A DNA stretch of 64,000 nt from Octopus vulgaris (GCA_951406725.2 OX597834.1:43028001-43092000); one strand, 5' to 3'; counted from the first letter of the stretch, positions 27,650 through 42,208 are shown. Made by a program: numbers and translations. Notes: generated by a model from the letters alone, not told the origin.

Positions 27650-27975
27650 TTGTTTGATCATGATGGTATCCATGTTGGCATTGGATGTGGAGAAGGAGGC
27701 GGAGCTGGTGGTGGTGGTGATACTGACGGTGATGTTGGGAGACTGACGTTGACGTTGTTGACGTTACCGCCATTGGTGATGCCGTATTTGATGTTGAAGG
27801 TAGTGATGCTGGCGATGTTGTTGGCGATGGTGGAGCTAATTATTGTGGAGATAATTAGATTGAAGATGACGTTCGATGAAGAGACGACGACAGATAATGA
27901 CGACGATTGCTTTGGTGGTGGTTCTGACGGCGAGGTTGATAGTGGCGGCCGGCGTGGTGGAGATGATAATGATGA

Positions 27976-28009
<34 letters not shown>

Positions 28010-28200
28010 GGCGGTGCTGGTGCTGGTGGTCGTGGTGATGACGATAAGGAGGAAGTGGACGTGAAGTAGAATGACGACGAAGATTACGACATTGACGACA
28101 ACGAAGGCGAAGACGGCGGCGGTGTAGACAACTACGAAGACCACATGATAGTGATGCTGCTGCTGCTGCTGCTGCTGCTGCTACTGCTGATGCTGATGGT
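27650..28200. repeat. Degenerate (GAT/GGT/GAC/GCT)n trinucleotide island
   Basis: Directly visible; produces poly-D/G/A/H ORFs in several frames. Confidence 0.9.
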
Positions 28201-28809
28201 GATATTTGAAAGGTGAAACATCGTGTTGTAATAATGTACATCGGATTTTTAATGTGTTGGAAGAGACGGGCAACGTCACAGCAATTTTAGCGTGTGATAG
28301 AATTATAAAACTTGCCAACAATGGTACATAAAAATGAGAAGAGGAGACGGGAAATTAAAACAGCGAATTGCTAACAAATCGTGACTTTGGTACTTTCATA
28401 CAAGTTCAATGCCTTCAGGCAGTCACAGTCGATATCAATTTGAACACAAACGCACGCAAAAAAAAAAAATAACACGCATATACTAAGAAATGTATAGACA
28501 CAGAAACACACATATAGAGAAGAACACAAACACACATAGACAGACATGCTTATATTCGCATATACATAACCGTCGACAAGGACACACAGATGATTGCTCA
28601 CGTAAATAACAAGCAGCCACACTCCGATTAGAAGTATTAGAATTCATAGCAGTCGAAGCTCATTTTGAAAGTTTATGGAACTGGTATTGTTTTGTTATTA
28701 ATATTGTGCTTCTCTTTAGATAGGAGACTTGTAGAGGAGTGGACATGTACTGAAGGAAAATGGTAGCATAATGGAGTGGAGTAATTGTCGGTTGGTATTC
28801 GTAGATCAA

Positions 28810-29048
28810 AAGGCGGCGAGCTGGCAGAAACGTTAGCAAGCCGAGCGAAATGCGTAGCCGTATTTCTTCTGCTGTTACGTTCTGAGTTCAAATTCCGCCG
28901 AGGTCGACTTTGCCTTTCATCCTTTCGGGGTCGATAAATTAAGTACCACTTACGCACTGGTGTCAATATAATCGACGTAATCCGTTTGTCTGTCCTTGTT
29001 TGTTCCCTCTGTGTTTAGCCCCTTGTGGGTAGTAAATAAATAGGTATT
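28810..29048 (+). mobile_element. SINE group C, single unit
   Basis: AAGGCGGCGAGCTGGCAGAAACG...CCTTGTGGGTAGTAAATAAATAGG; direct repeat GGTATTCGTAGAT at 28794-28806 and 29043-29055. Confidence 0.93.
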
Positions 29049-29305
29049 CGTAGATTAAGACAGAAGATATGTTCTGCTCAGATAGTAGTGGTTTAGTCCG
29101 AAAGGTTGTTATATATATACGCGCGTGTGCTCACACAAGAAGACACGAAAATAAACACACAAACGTTATGTTTATATATTCGTATACATGCCTACACACT
29201 TATATACATACATGCATACATATATTTCCTGTCTTCTCTATCTATCCATCTAGTGAATGTATGTATGTATGTATCTATCTATGTCTATGTATGTATGTAT
29301 GTATG

Positions 29306-29383
<78 letters not shown>

Positions 29384-29401
29384 CATATATATATATATAC
29401 A

Positions 29402-30002
29402 TTTTATTCTTTTATTCTTTTACTTGTTTGAGCCATATTGATTGCGGCCATACTGGGGCACCACCTCTTAGTCGAAGAAATCGACCTCCCGAGCTTATTT
29501 TCTGCAAGCCGAACAGCTAAGTGACGGGGATGTAGACACTCCAACATCGATTGTTAAGCAATACTGGGTGTGGGGATAAACACAGACACAAACACGCAAA
29601 CATACATACACACATATACGACAGGCTTCTTTCAGTTTCCGTCTACCAAATCCATTCACAAACTCTGTGCGGCCCGAGAATATTATAGAAGTCACTTGCC
29701 CAAATTGCCACTCAGTGGGACTGAACTCAAAACAATGTGGTTGGGAAGCAAGTTTCTTACCACACAGCCACGCCTGTACCTATATATATATATTTTTTTA
29801 TTTGTTTCAGTCATTTGACTGCGGCCATAGTGGGGCAACGCATTTAGTCAAGCAAATTGCCCCCAGGACTTATTCTTTGTAAGCCTAGTACTTATTCTAT
29901 CGGTCTCTTGCTGAACCGCTACGTGACGGGGATGTAAACACACCAGCATCGGTTGTCAAGCGATGTTGGGGGAACAAATACAGACACACAAACATACACA
30001 CA

Positions 30003-30093
<91 letters not shown>

Positions 30094-30415
30094 CGACGGG
30101 CTTCTTTCAGTTTTCGTCTACCAAATCTATTCACAAACTCTGTGCTGCCCGAGAATATTATAGAAGACACTTGCCCAAATTTCCACTCAGTGGGACTGAA
30201 CTCAGAACAATGTGGTTGGGAAGCAAGTTTCTTACTACACAGCCACGCCTGTACCTAATATATATATATTTTTTTATTTGTTTCAGTCATTTGACTGCGG
30301 CCATACTGGGGCAACGCCTTTAGTCAAGCAAATCGCCCCCAGGACTTATTCTTTGTAAGCCTAGTACTTATTCTATCGGTCTCTTGCTGAACCGCTGCGT
30401 GGCACCATGGGCAAG

Positions 30416-30417
<2 letters not shown>
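29402..30417 (-). mobile_element. Tandem array of SINE group A (29402-29781, 29794-30257, partial 30270-30417)
   Basis: About 475-bp periodicity with shared private variants (AACTCTGTGC, GAGAATATTATAG, CCACTCAGTGGG, GGGGCAACG). Confidence 0.92.
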
Positions 30418-30470
<53 letters not shown>

Positions 30471-31354
30471 TTGCTATTATTTTCAGCTTATGTGTCGACC
30501 ACGTAGAATACCAGTAATTAAAAAGCCCAAGAAATAGATTATTAATAGGAGAAAACATTAGCGGGCAAAATACTACACATTTCTAAAATTATACATGACG
30601 TCTATCACTAAAATGGACCCCAAAATATTCCACAATATCATACAGACACACACGCACACACATACACACACGCACACACAAACACACATAAATCCACATG
30701 TACACACATACACACACATGCATGCATATATGCATCTCACGATAGTCTTCTCGTGTGATCATGCGTATTTTCCATCTACATCACCAATAAATTAATGAAC
30801 CGTTTTAATTCGAAGTATTCAAGCCAGTGGCATTATAAAAGGAATCTATATATAAAACTTGTTAAATTATAAGAGAAAGTATTAGATAGAAGGTGAGGAG
30901 AACTGACGAGAAAGGAAACGAAACCTCTGTGATGACTTGTAGCTTGGAACATGGAACTGCGAGTCTTTTCAGTGCAGAAAATGTCACAAAACTTGGAAGC
31001 TTCATTCAATCGTCACATATCCTTGCACACCATTTCTTTTGCAATTTCCGCGACTTATCGACTTTATATGCGTACAGACACACTTATGCACGCACATGTC
31101 TGTGTTCACATCCACACATTCACACATAAATGCACACATACACACACACACGGACACACACATACAAATGCATTCATATATATACACACACATATATGTA
31201 TACATGCTTGTAGTTGCAAATGTATGGCTAGGATTAGACACACGCAGAGTTCTTTCGATAGACGCGAGAAATAGAACTCAATACTCCATGTTGAATGCTT
31301 TCAGCGAAGACACGACGTCACTGATATTGCTTCTCACATTTCCTAAAACAATAT

Positions 31355-31391
<37 letters not shown>

Positions 31392-31690
31392 GAATGCGCA
31401 TAGCTTAGTGGTTAGGGTGTTGCACTCACGATTGCGAGATCGTGGGTTCGATTCCCATACCGGGCGTTGCGTCGTGTTCTTCAGCAAAGCACTTCATTTC
31501 ACGTTGCTCTACGATCATTTCCACGTCTGACATGTGGCAACCGTTGCACCTGTACAGGTAATATCGATTTGATGGAGGGAGAGAACTTATGTCTATACAA
31601 ACTGTTGATTTCTTTAAACAAATCATCTCTGTATTTGTTCGGTAAGAAACTGTCGAACCCTCATGGGTCGTCCAACGACAGGAAAGTCCA
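31392..31690 (+). mobile_element. tRNA-derived SINE, group B1 head with a different 3' body
   Basis: TAGCTTAGTGG (A-box), GGTTCGATTCC (B-box), GTGTTCTTCAGCAAAGCACTTCATTTCACGTTGCT shared with 1214-1468. Confidence 0.8.
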
Positions 31691-31713
31691 TTGTGTATGT
31701 ATGTGTATATATA

Positions 31714-31897
31714 AAGGGAAAGTTTACGAAAATAAACAAAAGACGAAGGCAGGTGGAGTACAAACAAACAGATGTATTAGTATAACGCTCAGGAATAGAA
31801 AAAGTCTTTTACGTTTCGAGCCTACGCTGTTCGACAGAAAGATACACAGAAAAAAACAAGGAGAGAAAAAAAAATGCGTATAGGAGCTAACGATCAT
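31714..31897 (-). mobile_element. Short PLE-like repeat, family D, with hammerhead fold (31805-31842)
   Basis: Minus strand UCUUU CUGUCGA ACAGC GUAG GCUC GAAA CGU A AAAGA. Confidence 0.75.
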
Positions 31898-32426
31898 GAA
31901 ATGAATGTAAAAAAATAATATATGAGAAAAATATGAAAAAAAATAAAGTGAAAACGAAAGGGACAGTGTTTACGAACAGTTCAAAAGTTTGTAGACGTCG
32001 TGGGGTATTTCAATGATTTCACATCAATAACAAAGTAACTTTGATCCGTGTAGGAAAGGTGCAGCCAGAGGGTAGGTGTCCTTAGAGGTAAACAAAATCC
32101 AATGGAGAGGTAGTGTCCGTCGAGGAAAGGTAAGAGTTGGTAGTGGTAGAATATAGGATCAAAGTGAGACCACGTGAATCCGCCTGAGTGTTCTTCAGTC
32201 GTAATGAATATATCTTCATGCCCGATATTCACACACCACTAAAAGGATGCTGTGAGTACGTGTTGTAAGGCGTAATATCAGAAGAAAGAGATTATGATTA
32301 TGTTTCGTACGTCCAAACATACATAGATTATTAAACACACACTCATACATAGTAAAAATATATACATACATATATGTATACATACAACACGAATACGTAT
32401 CAATGGTAGTACATAAATGACTCTCT

Positions 32427-32458
<32 letters not shown>

Positions 32459-32567
32459 CGATCGATCAATCGATCTATCTAACCATCTATTGACGTGTCT
32501 GTCTATTTGTCTGTCTATCTATTTATCTATCTCTTTATATACTATAACCGCACATACATATGCTTAT

Positions 32568-32945
<378 letters not shown>

Positions 32946-33939
32946 CATACATAAACATATATGTGCGTATTTTTGCGTGTGTGCGATACGCGTGTGAGTG
33001 TGTGTATGTATGTATGCATATATAGATAGATACATCCTTATAGAATGCAACAACGCATTGATAATCACATTATCAAAAGTCTAGTGAGGAGGAGAAGAAC
33101 ATCTGACGATAAGGTTATAAGTGCTGAGATAAACTCTTCTCACCTGGTGCTTAATTTGTTCAGGTGTATTGTGTATTCTTCAAGAACAACGCGCAACATT
33201 TTTTTCATAAACTATTTGAATGTGAGACATTTCTGCTGGAGGAGATTCAGTATTCACTATAAATTCAAAGAAAGAATCTATCTACTTTAGTTGGAGTAGT
33301 TTAGTAAACGAATTGCCATTTTCTTAATCTCCTTGTAAAGTCTTTCGGATTTCATTTCGTTTATTATTTTTTTATTCTCATAGAAGCTAATATGTAGTGA
33401 ACTGTTTGCCATTAAAGCACCACGCTTTGTTTTGTTAACACTTCGAAACCTTGCTATAAAAACACCACGCAATTTTCATGTACTTACAAATACACACGCA
33501 TACACACACACATATGAATTTAATTTGAGGATGTTAACCCCGTGAAATGTAAGTTGCATCCAAGGAAATACTGGTTCAATACCTAGTACTTTTGGGGGAA
33601 TGAGATTCCCTTAAAACAATAGGTTTATATTAAGTATGTAGTTAGTTTATATTCATTTAAAAAGAAGAAAATAAAATGGAGACAAGGAAGTTAATAGTTG
33701 TTTATTATTTACAAAATGGTCATCTTCGAAGCGAAAAAAACGAATTAGAAACGAAAATGACCAATTCGATAATAAAAAAATATTAACTTTCTCATCTCCA
33801 TTTCCTCTTCTTCTTCTATATTATTGGATTATATTTGCTTGAACTTCGGTAAAGAGAGAGAGAGAGTTATTGACGTTTCGAGTATTGCTCTTAGAAGGGA
33901 AAACGGAAAATTTCAGACATGTGTACATATCATGCTGAG

Positions 33940-35475
33940 GTAACCGGAAAAATCTACGTCCTTCCAACTGCCTAGATAAACAGTCCGCATGGCCTAACCT
34001 CTAAGATGATATATAATCAATCTTAAAGTCATAATTCAACAATATCGCATCCCAGCATTGTAAACTATTGGAGGTATGGTTAGAATTTCCTTTCTTCCAC
34101 CCCAAAATTGATAATAATGGTCGGTGAGGAGTTTGTAGCCGAACACTTCTCACGTGCAAAAATATGGGAAATTTCTTTACGGCGAAAATGATGGCTAGAA
34201 CATTTCTCTATTTGAGTATAGTTTTTCTCTGCCGTCATCAGAGAACGTGAAGCATGAACCACCGCCTTCATATTACCGTCTTTATATTTTTGTACCATTA
34301 TTGCTTCTATGACATGTTCAGAAGCGTCAGAAGCTACAACAGTCTCCGCTGCAGGATCGAAATGAGCCAGCGACAAATCCGATATTAATTTTTTTTTTAA
34401 ATATCATCAAACGCCTTTTGTCAATAATTCTCCTTCACACACTTTTTCAGCAAATTATTAAGTGGAGCTCTCAATCCATGCATATCTGGTATATAATTTT
34501 CATAATAATTTGCTAGACTTACAAAAGCATGTAAGGTCATTATATTAGTCGGAGGAGGCATATTTTAATTGCGTTTGCCTTCGACAGCCGGTCGTTGTCC
34601 ATTCCTGTTGATAATTTGTCCTAAATACTTAATTCATACATTTCCTTACTCAGTGTGAAACTGTAATCTGTTATTTTTTCAAAACACCTTTTACATGCAC
34701 GACATGCTGATCAAGAGATTTACTTTTAATTAACATATCATCCAGCTATGGACTTGCAAATTCACAGTCTGCTAACATTGCATCCATAACTTGTTGAGAA
34801 ATTGTAGGTGCGACCATTAGACCAAATGGTAATCTGTTATATTTCTATACTCCTTTATGCGCATTCACTCTCAGGTACTTTGAGTATTTCTCGTCTACTC
34901 TAATTGGTAGGTATTTTCAAAATATCTTGCCCCGGTTTAATTTCGAAAAGATCCAGGAAAACTTCAGCAAAAGCATTATTTAATTTTTACTTCGATTCAT
35001 CTGACGCTTTATTCTTATTGGAGGAACAACTATTTAGGTCTTTACAAAGCAAATTTTTCGGGAGGCCCCATTAATCAAACAAAATCCAGTCAGTATCGAA
35101 CACGTTTGTTGCACTTTTTAACACAAACACTTCTGATTCACAGGTTTTACCACCAAATGTAATGTCGCTTATCATTTCGCCTAAGAACTGCGATCGCTCA
35201 CCTGAGACGCCTAGCGAAATTTCCAATGTTTTCGTTATTGTAGGTTTCCCAATTTTCTTCCACGTGCTGGTATCAATAATTGTAATGTAAGCTACCTGTG
35301 TCTAGTTGTAGTTTCACTTTGCGTCGTTTATTTTTACATCCACATATTTTCTTTTTTGGGTATCGTCACGACTTCCCGTTGAGCAAACCATTTTAGAAGA
35401 ATTTTTTCCGACCTTTTTTGTTTCGCTACGCAGTGCGAGCTTTCATGTCCTATTTTGGCAACTAAAACATTTCTA
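33940..35475 (-). mobile_element. Ty3/Gypsy LTR retrotransposon gag-pol fossil (zinc knuckle, protease, RT, RNase H)
   Basis: Minus strand in order: CFSC..IGHE..HC (CCHC), KLQLDTGS...TWKKIGKP (protease), NRLPFGL..AP..F..VMDAML...LDDMLI (RT), LAHFDP...VVASDASE...HASRSL..AEKNYTQIEK (RNase H). Frameshifted; no LTR or integrase seen. Confidence 0.92.
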
Positions 35476-36508
35476 AGTCTAAGGACATTGTTAAATGAAT
35501 GACCTTTCGTAAACTGTCGAATTAGATGCTTAGATCATTCACTAATTAAGGATTTATACATTTAAGGAAATGTATTTGGATATTGGAAAAGAAATGTACG
35601 TACGGCATTAGACAAGTCATGTACTGAGGACATTGAGTAAAGAAAATACTAAGAGATTGGCTAAGGAATATTTTAAGACATTGACCCAGGAATGCTTTTA
35701 GTCAACAGAATATTGCCAAAGCAATACTTTCGATACTAACCTAGTAATATAGGAAAGTATTTAGGGAATAGATTGGAAAATATTGAATAAGTGACGGTGG
35801 TGGGAATAAAATGCGGTTTTGTTTTATTTCCAGGTCAAAATCATTTACACGGCGACGAAAGAGAAAATTTAGATACAGTGAAAATAGCAAATCTTTAATA
35901 TTCTTTAGACGTGGTTTTATTGTTGAAATGCGTTTTAGCTTGACTCCAATATGTCAACATTTGCATAAAGTGGAACAATATTTGCTATTGAATTAGAAGA
36001 AACAAGAAAAGATTGAATCCTTTTCAGAAGAGCTAGCCAAGCCTTATGAAAGCTATTAAATGAATTTTACACAGCCAGACGTAGAAATAGACGTACTTTA
36101 CTGCAATACAAGTTTTCAATATGATGAAAATAGTAAGAATCTGATGTGACTGTGACTTCTAAACACATTTAGGATATTTCCGAAATAGCCAAACTTAAGC
36201 AGTGACAAGTGAAGATGTTTGAGATTTAATCTAGAAATAGAAAAAAATGAAGACATTTTATTGAGGAAAGAATTATTAAAGTTATGAAGATTAGTAAATG
36301 TTTTATTCTAAATTAAAACCAAAGTACAGAAAAGTTTATTTTTCATTCTCATATCTGGCAGTTATTTGCTCTTTCTGTCTCGCCTCCCGATCGCGTCTCT
36401 CTCTAAGTCACATGATCATACGTTTTTCTTCATAGCAGATTTTCATTCACTCAAGCTACTCCCCATCTCTCTCACTCACTTTTTCTTCTCTCTCTTTCTC
36501 TCTCTGTA

Positions 36509-36541
<33 letters not shown>

Positions 36542-36563
36542 GTCTATCTATCTATCTATCTAC

Positions 36564-36633
<70 letters not shown>

Positions 36634-36762
36634 GTTGTTCTATACACACACACACGCAAACACACACACATATATCTTTTTAAGTGCAGTTAAGCCCATG
36701 GACAGATCCATAGAGAGAGAGAGAGAGGTAGAGAGAGAAAGAGGTAAATACATACATACTTA

Positions 36763-36833
<71 letters not shown>

Positions 36834-36854
36834 TCACACACACATACAGACACA

Positions 36855-37432
36855 CCAATCGAATCCCTGGTTCATTTTTCTTGATGGAGAGATCAATTTC
36901 TGCACATGTTTACCTTGATCTTTTGACTGGTTACTGATTATGTGCCACCACAACTGAATGACCTTAAACCAGCCATCATCTTCCAGCCGGATGGTGCACC
37001 ACCACATTAGGGACTGCATGTTCATGGGTTTCTAAATCAAACATTTCCGGACTGGTGGACTGGAAGGGATGCCCCAATTCTCTGTCCACCTCGTTCGCCG
37101 TATATCTCTCCCCTAGACGTTCTTCTATGGTTTATTTTAAAGATATTGGACATCGAACAATGATACAGGACATCAATGAACTGAAGCAAAGGATCTCAGA
37201 ATTCCATAACCACCATTGATAAGTCTATGCTCCAGTGAATATGGCAAGAAAGTTATTACCGTATTGATGCGCTTCGTGCAACTAATGATGGACATATCTG
37301 GCAGTTATATGAAACAAAAAATACCTTCAATATCTACTCCTCATTTTGTTATAATTTTCACAGATTTATCCATTTATTTGCTTTTGTAAAAAATTTATGA
37401 AATTGTAAAAAGACTTTATGGACACCCTCTAA
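36855..37432 (+). mobile_element. Tc1/mariner DD41D (rosa-like) transposase fossil, 3' part with right TIR
   Basis: IFQPDGAPPH*GLHVHGFLNQTFPDWWTGRDAPILCPPRSPYISPLDVLLW: 41 positions between the two Asp; ends TTATGGACACCCTCTA. Confidence 0.88.
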
Positions 37433-37814
37433 ATATGGCGGTGCCCCAGCATGGTCACAGCTTTTCTATTTCACTCATGTTCGTAACTTAGTTCTTTGCC
37501 TCAAATGCTCAATTCTTTGTCGGTCCTTGTTTTTTGTCTGTCATTCAATCTATCTCTCTCTCTCTCTCTCTCTCTCTCACGATTTTAATTCCCAGAGCAA
37601 AATTCAAATCATCTCCCGCTTTCTTTTCTAAACCTCTTTAAAATACTCTCTGCGTTTCTCCCCCACCCTCGCTGTTTCTTTCTTTTTATCTTCCTCTTTT
37701 GTGCTTCTCCCTCTCTTTGTCTTAACCTCACTTCCTTTACTCTTTCTCCGTTATCTTCTCTTTTTTCAGTGACGTAACTTTATTATACCTCTTACACTCA
37801 AACTTAGACATCTT

Positions 37815-37847
<33 letters not shown>

Positions 37848-38419
37848 TACACAAACGTACATACATGCACAGAAACAGACATATATATACACATACAGAC
37901 AGACATATATTCACACACACGCATATACATACGCATTTATATATATATATACATACATATATGCATATATGTTCGTCTGTTTTATTTCTGTCATTTGCAA
38001 GCTTTATACCTCTCTCTCTCTCTCCCTCTCTTTCCTATTTCATCCACGCATTTATTTCGACATTTTCCCGGCCATTTCTTCACCATCACACTTAGACTTC
38101 CATATAATTCCTCTGACATCTCTCTATTATCCACCTCACTTCCTATCTCCAACTCTTTCTCTTTCTCTCTCTCTCTCTCTCTTCATCTGCTTCTTCCTCT
38201 GTATTTCCTCTCACTGTTCTGAATTTCTATACTTTCCATCTTATCACAAATTCTTATTTACTTCTTTCTTTAAAATATTTTCTTTTCTGCGATAAAGCAT
38301 TTGACACCAAATTATGTTTAATTTTTGCAAATAACGTCTAATTTCCATTCTCTTAAGATCCTCTCGTATGCCAAATTTAACTCATTTTTTCTTCCTTGCT
38401 TTCTTTCGTTCTTTCGTTT

Positions 38420-38470
38420 CCTAGTTGTTGTTGTTGTTCTTCTTCCTCTTCATTTTTATTCTTGTCTTCT

Positions 38471-38502
<32 letters not shown>

Positions 38503-38836
38503 TTATTATTATTATTATTATTATTACTATTATTATTATTATTCCACCACCACTACCACCACTACCACCACTACTACCACCATCACCACCTCCACCACCA
38601 CCACCGCCTCTATCACCGCCATCACCATCACCGCCATCACCATCACCACCATCACTATCACCACCATCACCATCACCACGAATACCAACAACCTCCGTCA
38701 ACGCCGCCTTTACCACCACCACCACCACCACCACCATCGCAGCCGCCTCTAGCGCCACCATCACCATCACCACGATTATCAATAACATCCGCCACCGCCG
38801 CCTTTACCATCGCCACCACCACCACCACCACCATCG

Positions 38837-38868
<32 letters not shown>

Positions 38869-38870
38869 TC
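38420..38870. repeat. Compound trinucleotide repeat (TTG, TCT, TAT, CAC, CAT)
   Basis: Directly visible. Similar islands at 42842-43020, 50190-50340, 60110-60390, 60720-61100 and 61590-61685. Confidence 0.93.
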
Positions 38871-39720
38871 AACCTCGTTTATTCATACTTTTGTTGTTGT
38901 CGGTTGTAATAATTATAATTAGTCTTGTGGTTGTTGTGCTTCTGTATATGTTGTTGTTCCGCTTCTTGTTGATCTTGTTAAAAGACATTTTTAAATTTGT
39001 TCTTTTTTTTGTTTGTTTTGTTTCTTTTCCTGCTTTGCATTTCTCGGTAGAGGGGCCGGAGGAAATTTATCGACTTCAATTTAATTAGAATAGAAATCAC
39101 CTTTCTTACGTTTTATTCCATATTAGATTACAAAAATGTCTAATTTATGCAATATCTTATAAAGAATGGATACCGAACCGAAAGTATAAGGGGAAAAAAA
39201 AAAAAAACGCAACGACAAAACAAGAAAATAATATATATTAAAAAAAAATACATACAAACTAAACCACCACCAGGAAAGAGAACACCAAGGAAAATAAAAG
39301 AAGAAGGAGAAGGAGAAAAGAAAATTGGAGAAAAGGAAACGTCACACGAAGAAATTTAGAGAAAGAAAGAAAATGGTAACTGAATGGAGAGAAATTTTTG
39401 AGGAAGGAATCTATGGATAGAACGGAGTGTTAGTAAAGAGAATGGATGGGGTGGGAAATGGGGAGAAAATTTATTAATGATAAAAATGTTCGGAGTAATA
39501 TGATATATTGAGTTTGAACGAGGCGGTTTTCTAAAATCAAATTTACAGTTATTTACAATGTTCAATTTTGCCAAGAATACTTGGAGTAAAGTATGAATTC
39601 AATGTTGATTTTATTGAGGTATGTGGTGGTGGGGGTGATGGTGGTGGAGATGTTGGTGGTTCCAGAAGTTGTAGGAGGCGGTTTTATATGGGAAATTTAT
39701 TTTGCTTATTGCTATATACA

Positions 39721-39770
<50 letters not shown>

Positions 39771-39946
39771 ATTTATGAAACTAAACTATCTTTCCCGTTT
39801 TTCATAGGTCTCAAACGGAATGTATTTATACACATTTACACATTCAAGCGCACATGTATATGCGTGCATATATATATATATATATATAGATATATGCATG
39901 TAATATATATTTATGTATATATATGTATATATATCTATACATACAT

Positions 39947-40001
<55 letters not shown>

Positions 40002-40048
40002 CATACATATATATATATACACACATATACATATACATACATATATAC

Positions 40049-40095
<47 letters not shown>

Positions 40096-40600
40096 GTATG
40101 TATGTATGTATGCTTGGTATTATTTTAGACATGTAGGCAGTAATATTTATTTATCTAGCTAGCAATCAGTCTTTTTTTATCGGTTTCTATCTACACATAT
40201 ATAATAATATAAACAATAATGTGGACTAGATTCGCTGGTATCCTGTATGTTAGTATGAGTATACACGTGTTATAATAAAAAAGACGGTGCGTGTGAGTTC
40301 ACATAAATGTCGAGGAAATTTTATGAATGTATTCAGTTTGTCTATAGGTGTTTTCTCAGCGTATATAAGTGAATATGTATATTACTAGATTCCATGTATG
40401 AACACATTCATTGACGTGATATGAATATGTTCTATTGTGGTTTAAAAACAAGTCTATACACACACACACACACACATACGTACACATACGCTTGCACACA
40501 CATACTTCGTATATATTATATATAAAATGAAAATACGTATATGCAGTATATGGTATATATATGTATATATATATATATATATTCAGTAAATATATATATA

Positions 40601-40647
<47 letters not shown>

Positions 40648-40953
40648 AATACAATCACACACACACACACACACGTACACATACACTCACGCACACACAC
40701 ACATGCACACATACACTCACACATATATATGTCTATATATGTTAATCTGTGTGAGAAAATAATCTATCAACATTTATCTATCATTTTGCATAAATTATGA
40801 CACATATATACATACATATGTATTATCTGTATATATATACATATATAGATATATATATATATACGCACATTTATATATATATATATATGCATACATGTGT
40901 GTGTATTTATATATACATTATACAAACATATATATATGCATATATATATATGT

Positions 40954-41009
<56 letters not shown>

Positions 41010-41591
41010 TCACCATTTCGGTGTGTGTATATGTGAGTTTAAATGCGCTCTACTAGCTCTTGACAGAATATTTATTGGAGTCATTTACATCCATTACGAT
41101 GGAGAGAGACGAAGCGGGAAACGTAACGAAACGAAGCACCTGACACGTTAAAGCAAAGTGGCTCAATATAAGGCCTATATTTTAGATTATTACATCGATA
41201 TTAGTAATAACTCAGAGCAAAGCCGCCTACAGATTTGATTGCCTGATAAGAAGTGAGCAATAAATAAATTCAATAATCTGTAAGGCCCGATGAAGAAAAT
41301 TGCTTGATAATTGTAAAGTTATGAGCATAAATATCTCAAATGTCTCATCGAACTTTAGCTGAAGCTGAAGAAATTCTTTCCTGAAAAAACGAAAATCAAA
41401 TAAACAAATCGAGGTTTATAGTTTATATTATTAACAAAATTCCGGAATTTTTCAATTGCATGAAAAATAGGACGGTTACAGATTATTGTAAAGGAAGAAA
41501 TTGATGCCAAAATTCATCATTGTATATAACCGATATTACACAGACACATATATTTACTTTTACATATAAAAGTGCATAAAATCATACATGC

Positions 41592-41638
<47 letters not shown>

Positions 41639-41780
41639 ACTCAACCTTATTCTAAAATAAGACGAAATGTAAGCTACTATAAATCGGCATGAACTTTCCG
41701 GACAACCCAATACATCCGTCTTCCAATAACCCTTAAAATCTGTGTCATATCAATGTAATTCCACTTTAACACACCGAGCT

Positions 41781-42025
41781 TATTTCTATTTTATTCTTTG
41801 TATTTTTATTTGTTTCATTTATTTGTCTGCGGTCATGCTGGAGCACCGCCTTGAAGGGATTTCTAGTCGAACAAGTCGACCCCACGATTTATTCTTCGTA
41901 AGCCTATTTCTTATTCTATCGGTTCTTTTGTCGAACCGCTAAGTTACGGAGACGTAAACACTCCAACATCTTTTGTAAAATGATGGTGAGAGGACAAACG
42001 TAGACACAATAGCACACGCATATAA

Positions 42026-42058
<33 letters not shown>

Positions 42059-42208
42059 CATATATAGATATATAGATACTCGGCATATATTTTGTCTACC
42101 ACATCCACTGAATAGTCTCTCTCTGCTTGCCCAAGGTGCAACACAGTAGGACTGAACCCAGAACCATATGGTTGGGAAGCAAGCGTCTTTACCATACAGC
42201 CACGCCTA
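41781..42208 (-). mobile_element. SINE group A, diverged with internal deletion
   Basis: CATGCTGGAGCACCGCC...GAACCGCTAAGTTACGG...GGACTGAACCCAGAACCATATGG. Confidence 0.85.

Larger units (their letters stand above)
25840..27650 (-). mobile_element. Highly decayed Penelope-like element (ORF N-terminus and C-terminal/pLTR remnant) with two nested insertions
   Basis: A/C-rich minus strand with fragments IIEHINEEH...KNIFPK (PLE N-terminus-like) and ILSS.HQKRETL..AALIL (GIY-YIG C-terminus-like, about 27560-27650). Many stops and frameshifts. Confidence 0.38.

Noticed and set aside
27650-28241. Gly/Asp- or His-rich protein exon
   Set aside because: Degenerate trinucleotide repeat without splice context; similar islands recur throughout the window.
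30902-30930. CTGACGA...GAAAC
   Set aside because: No stem II or stem I complementarity.
31392-31465. tRNA gene
   Set aside because: A/B boxes are present, but there is no proper acceptor or anticodon stem and it runs into a SINE body. The same applies to the other SINE heads.
35480-36330. Gypsy LTR or upstream gag adjacent to the pol fossil
   Set aside because: No TG..CA repeat pair, PBS or PPT found; left unassigned.
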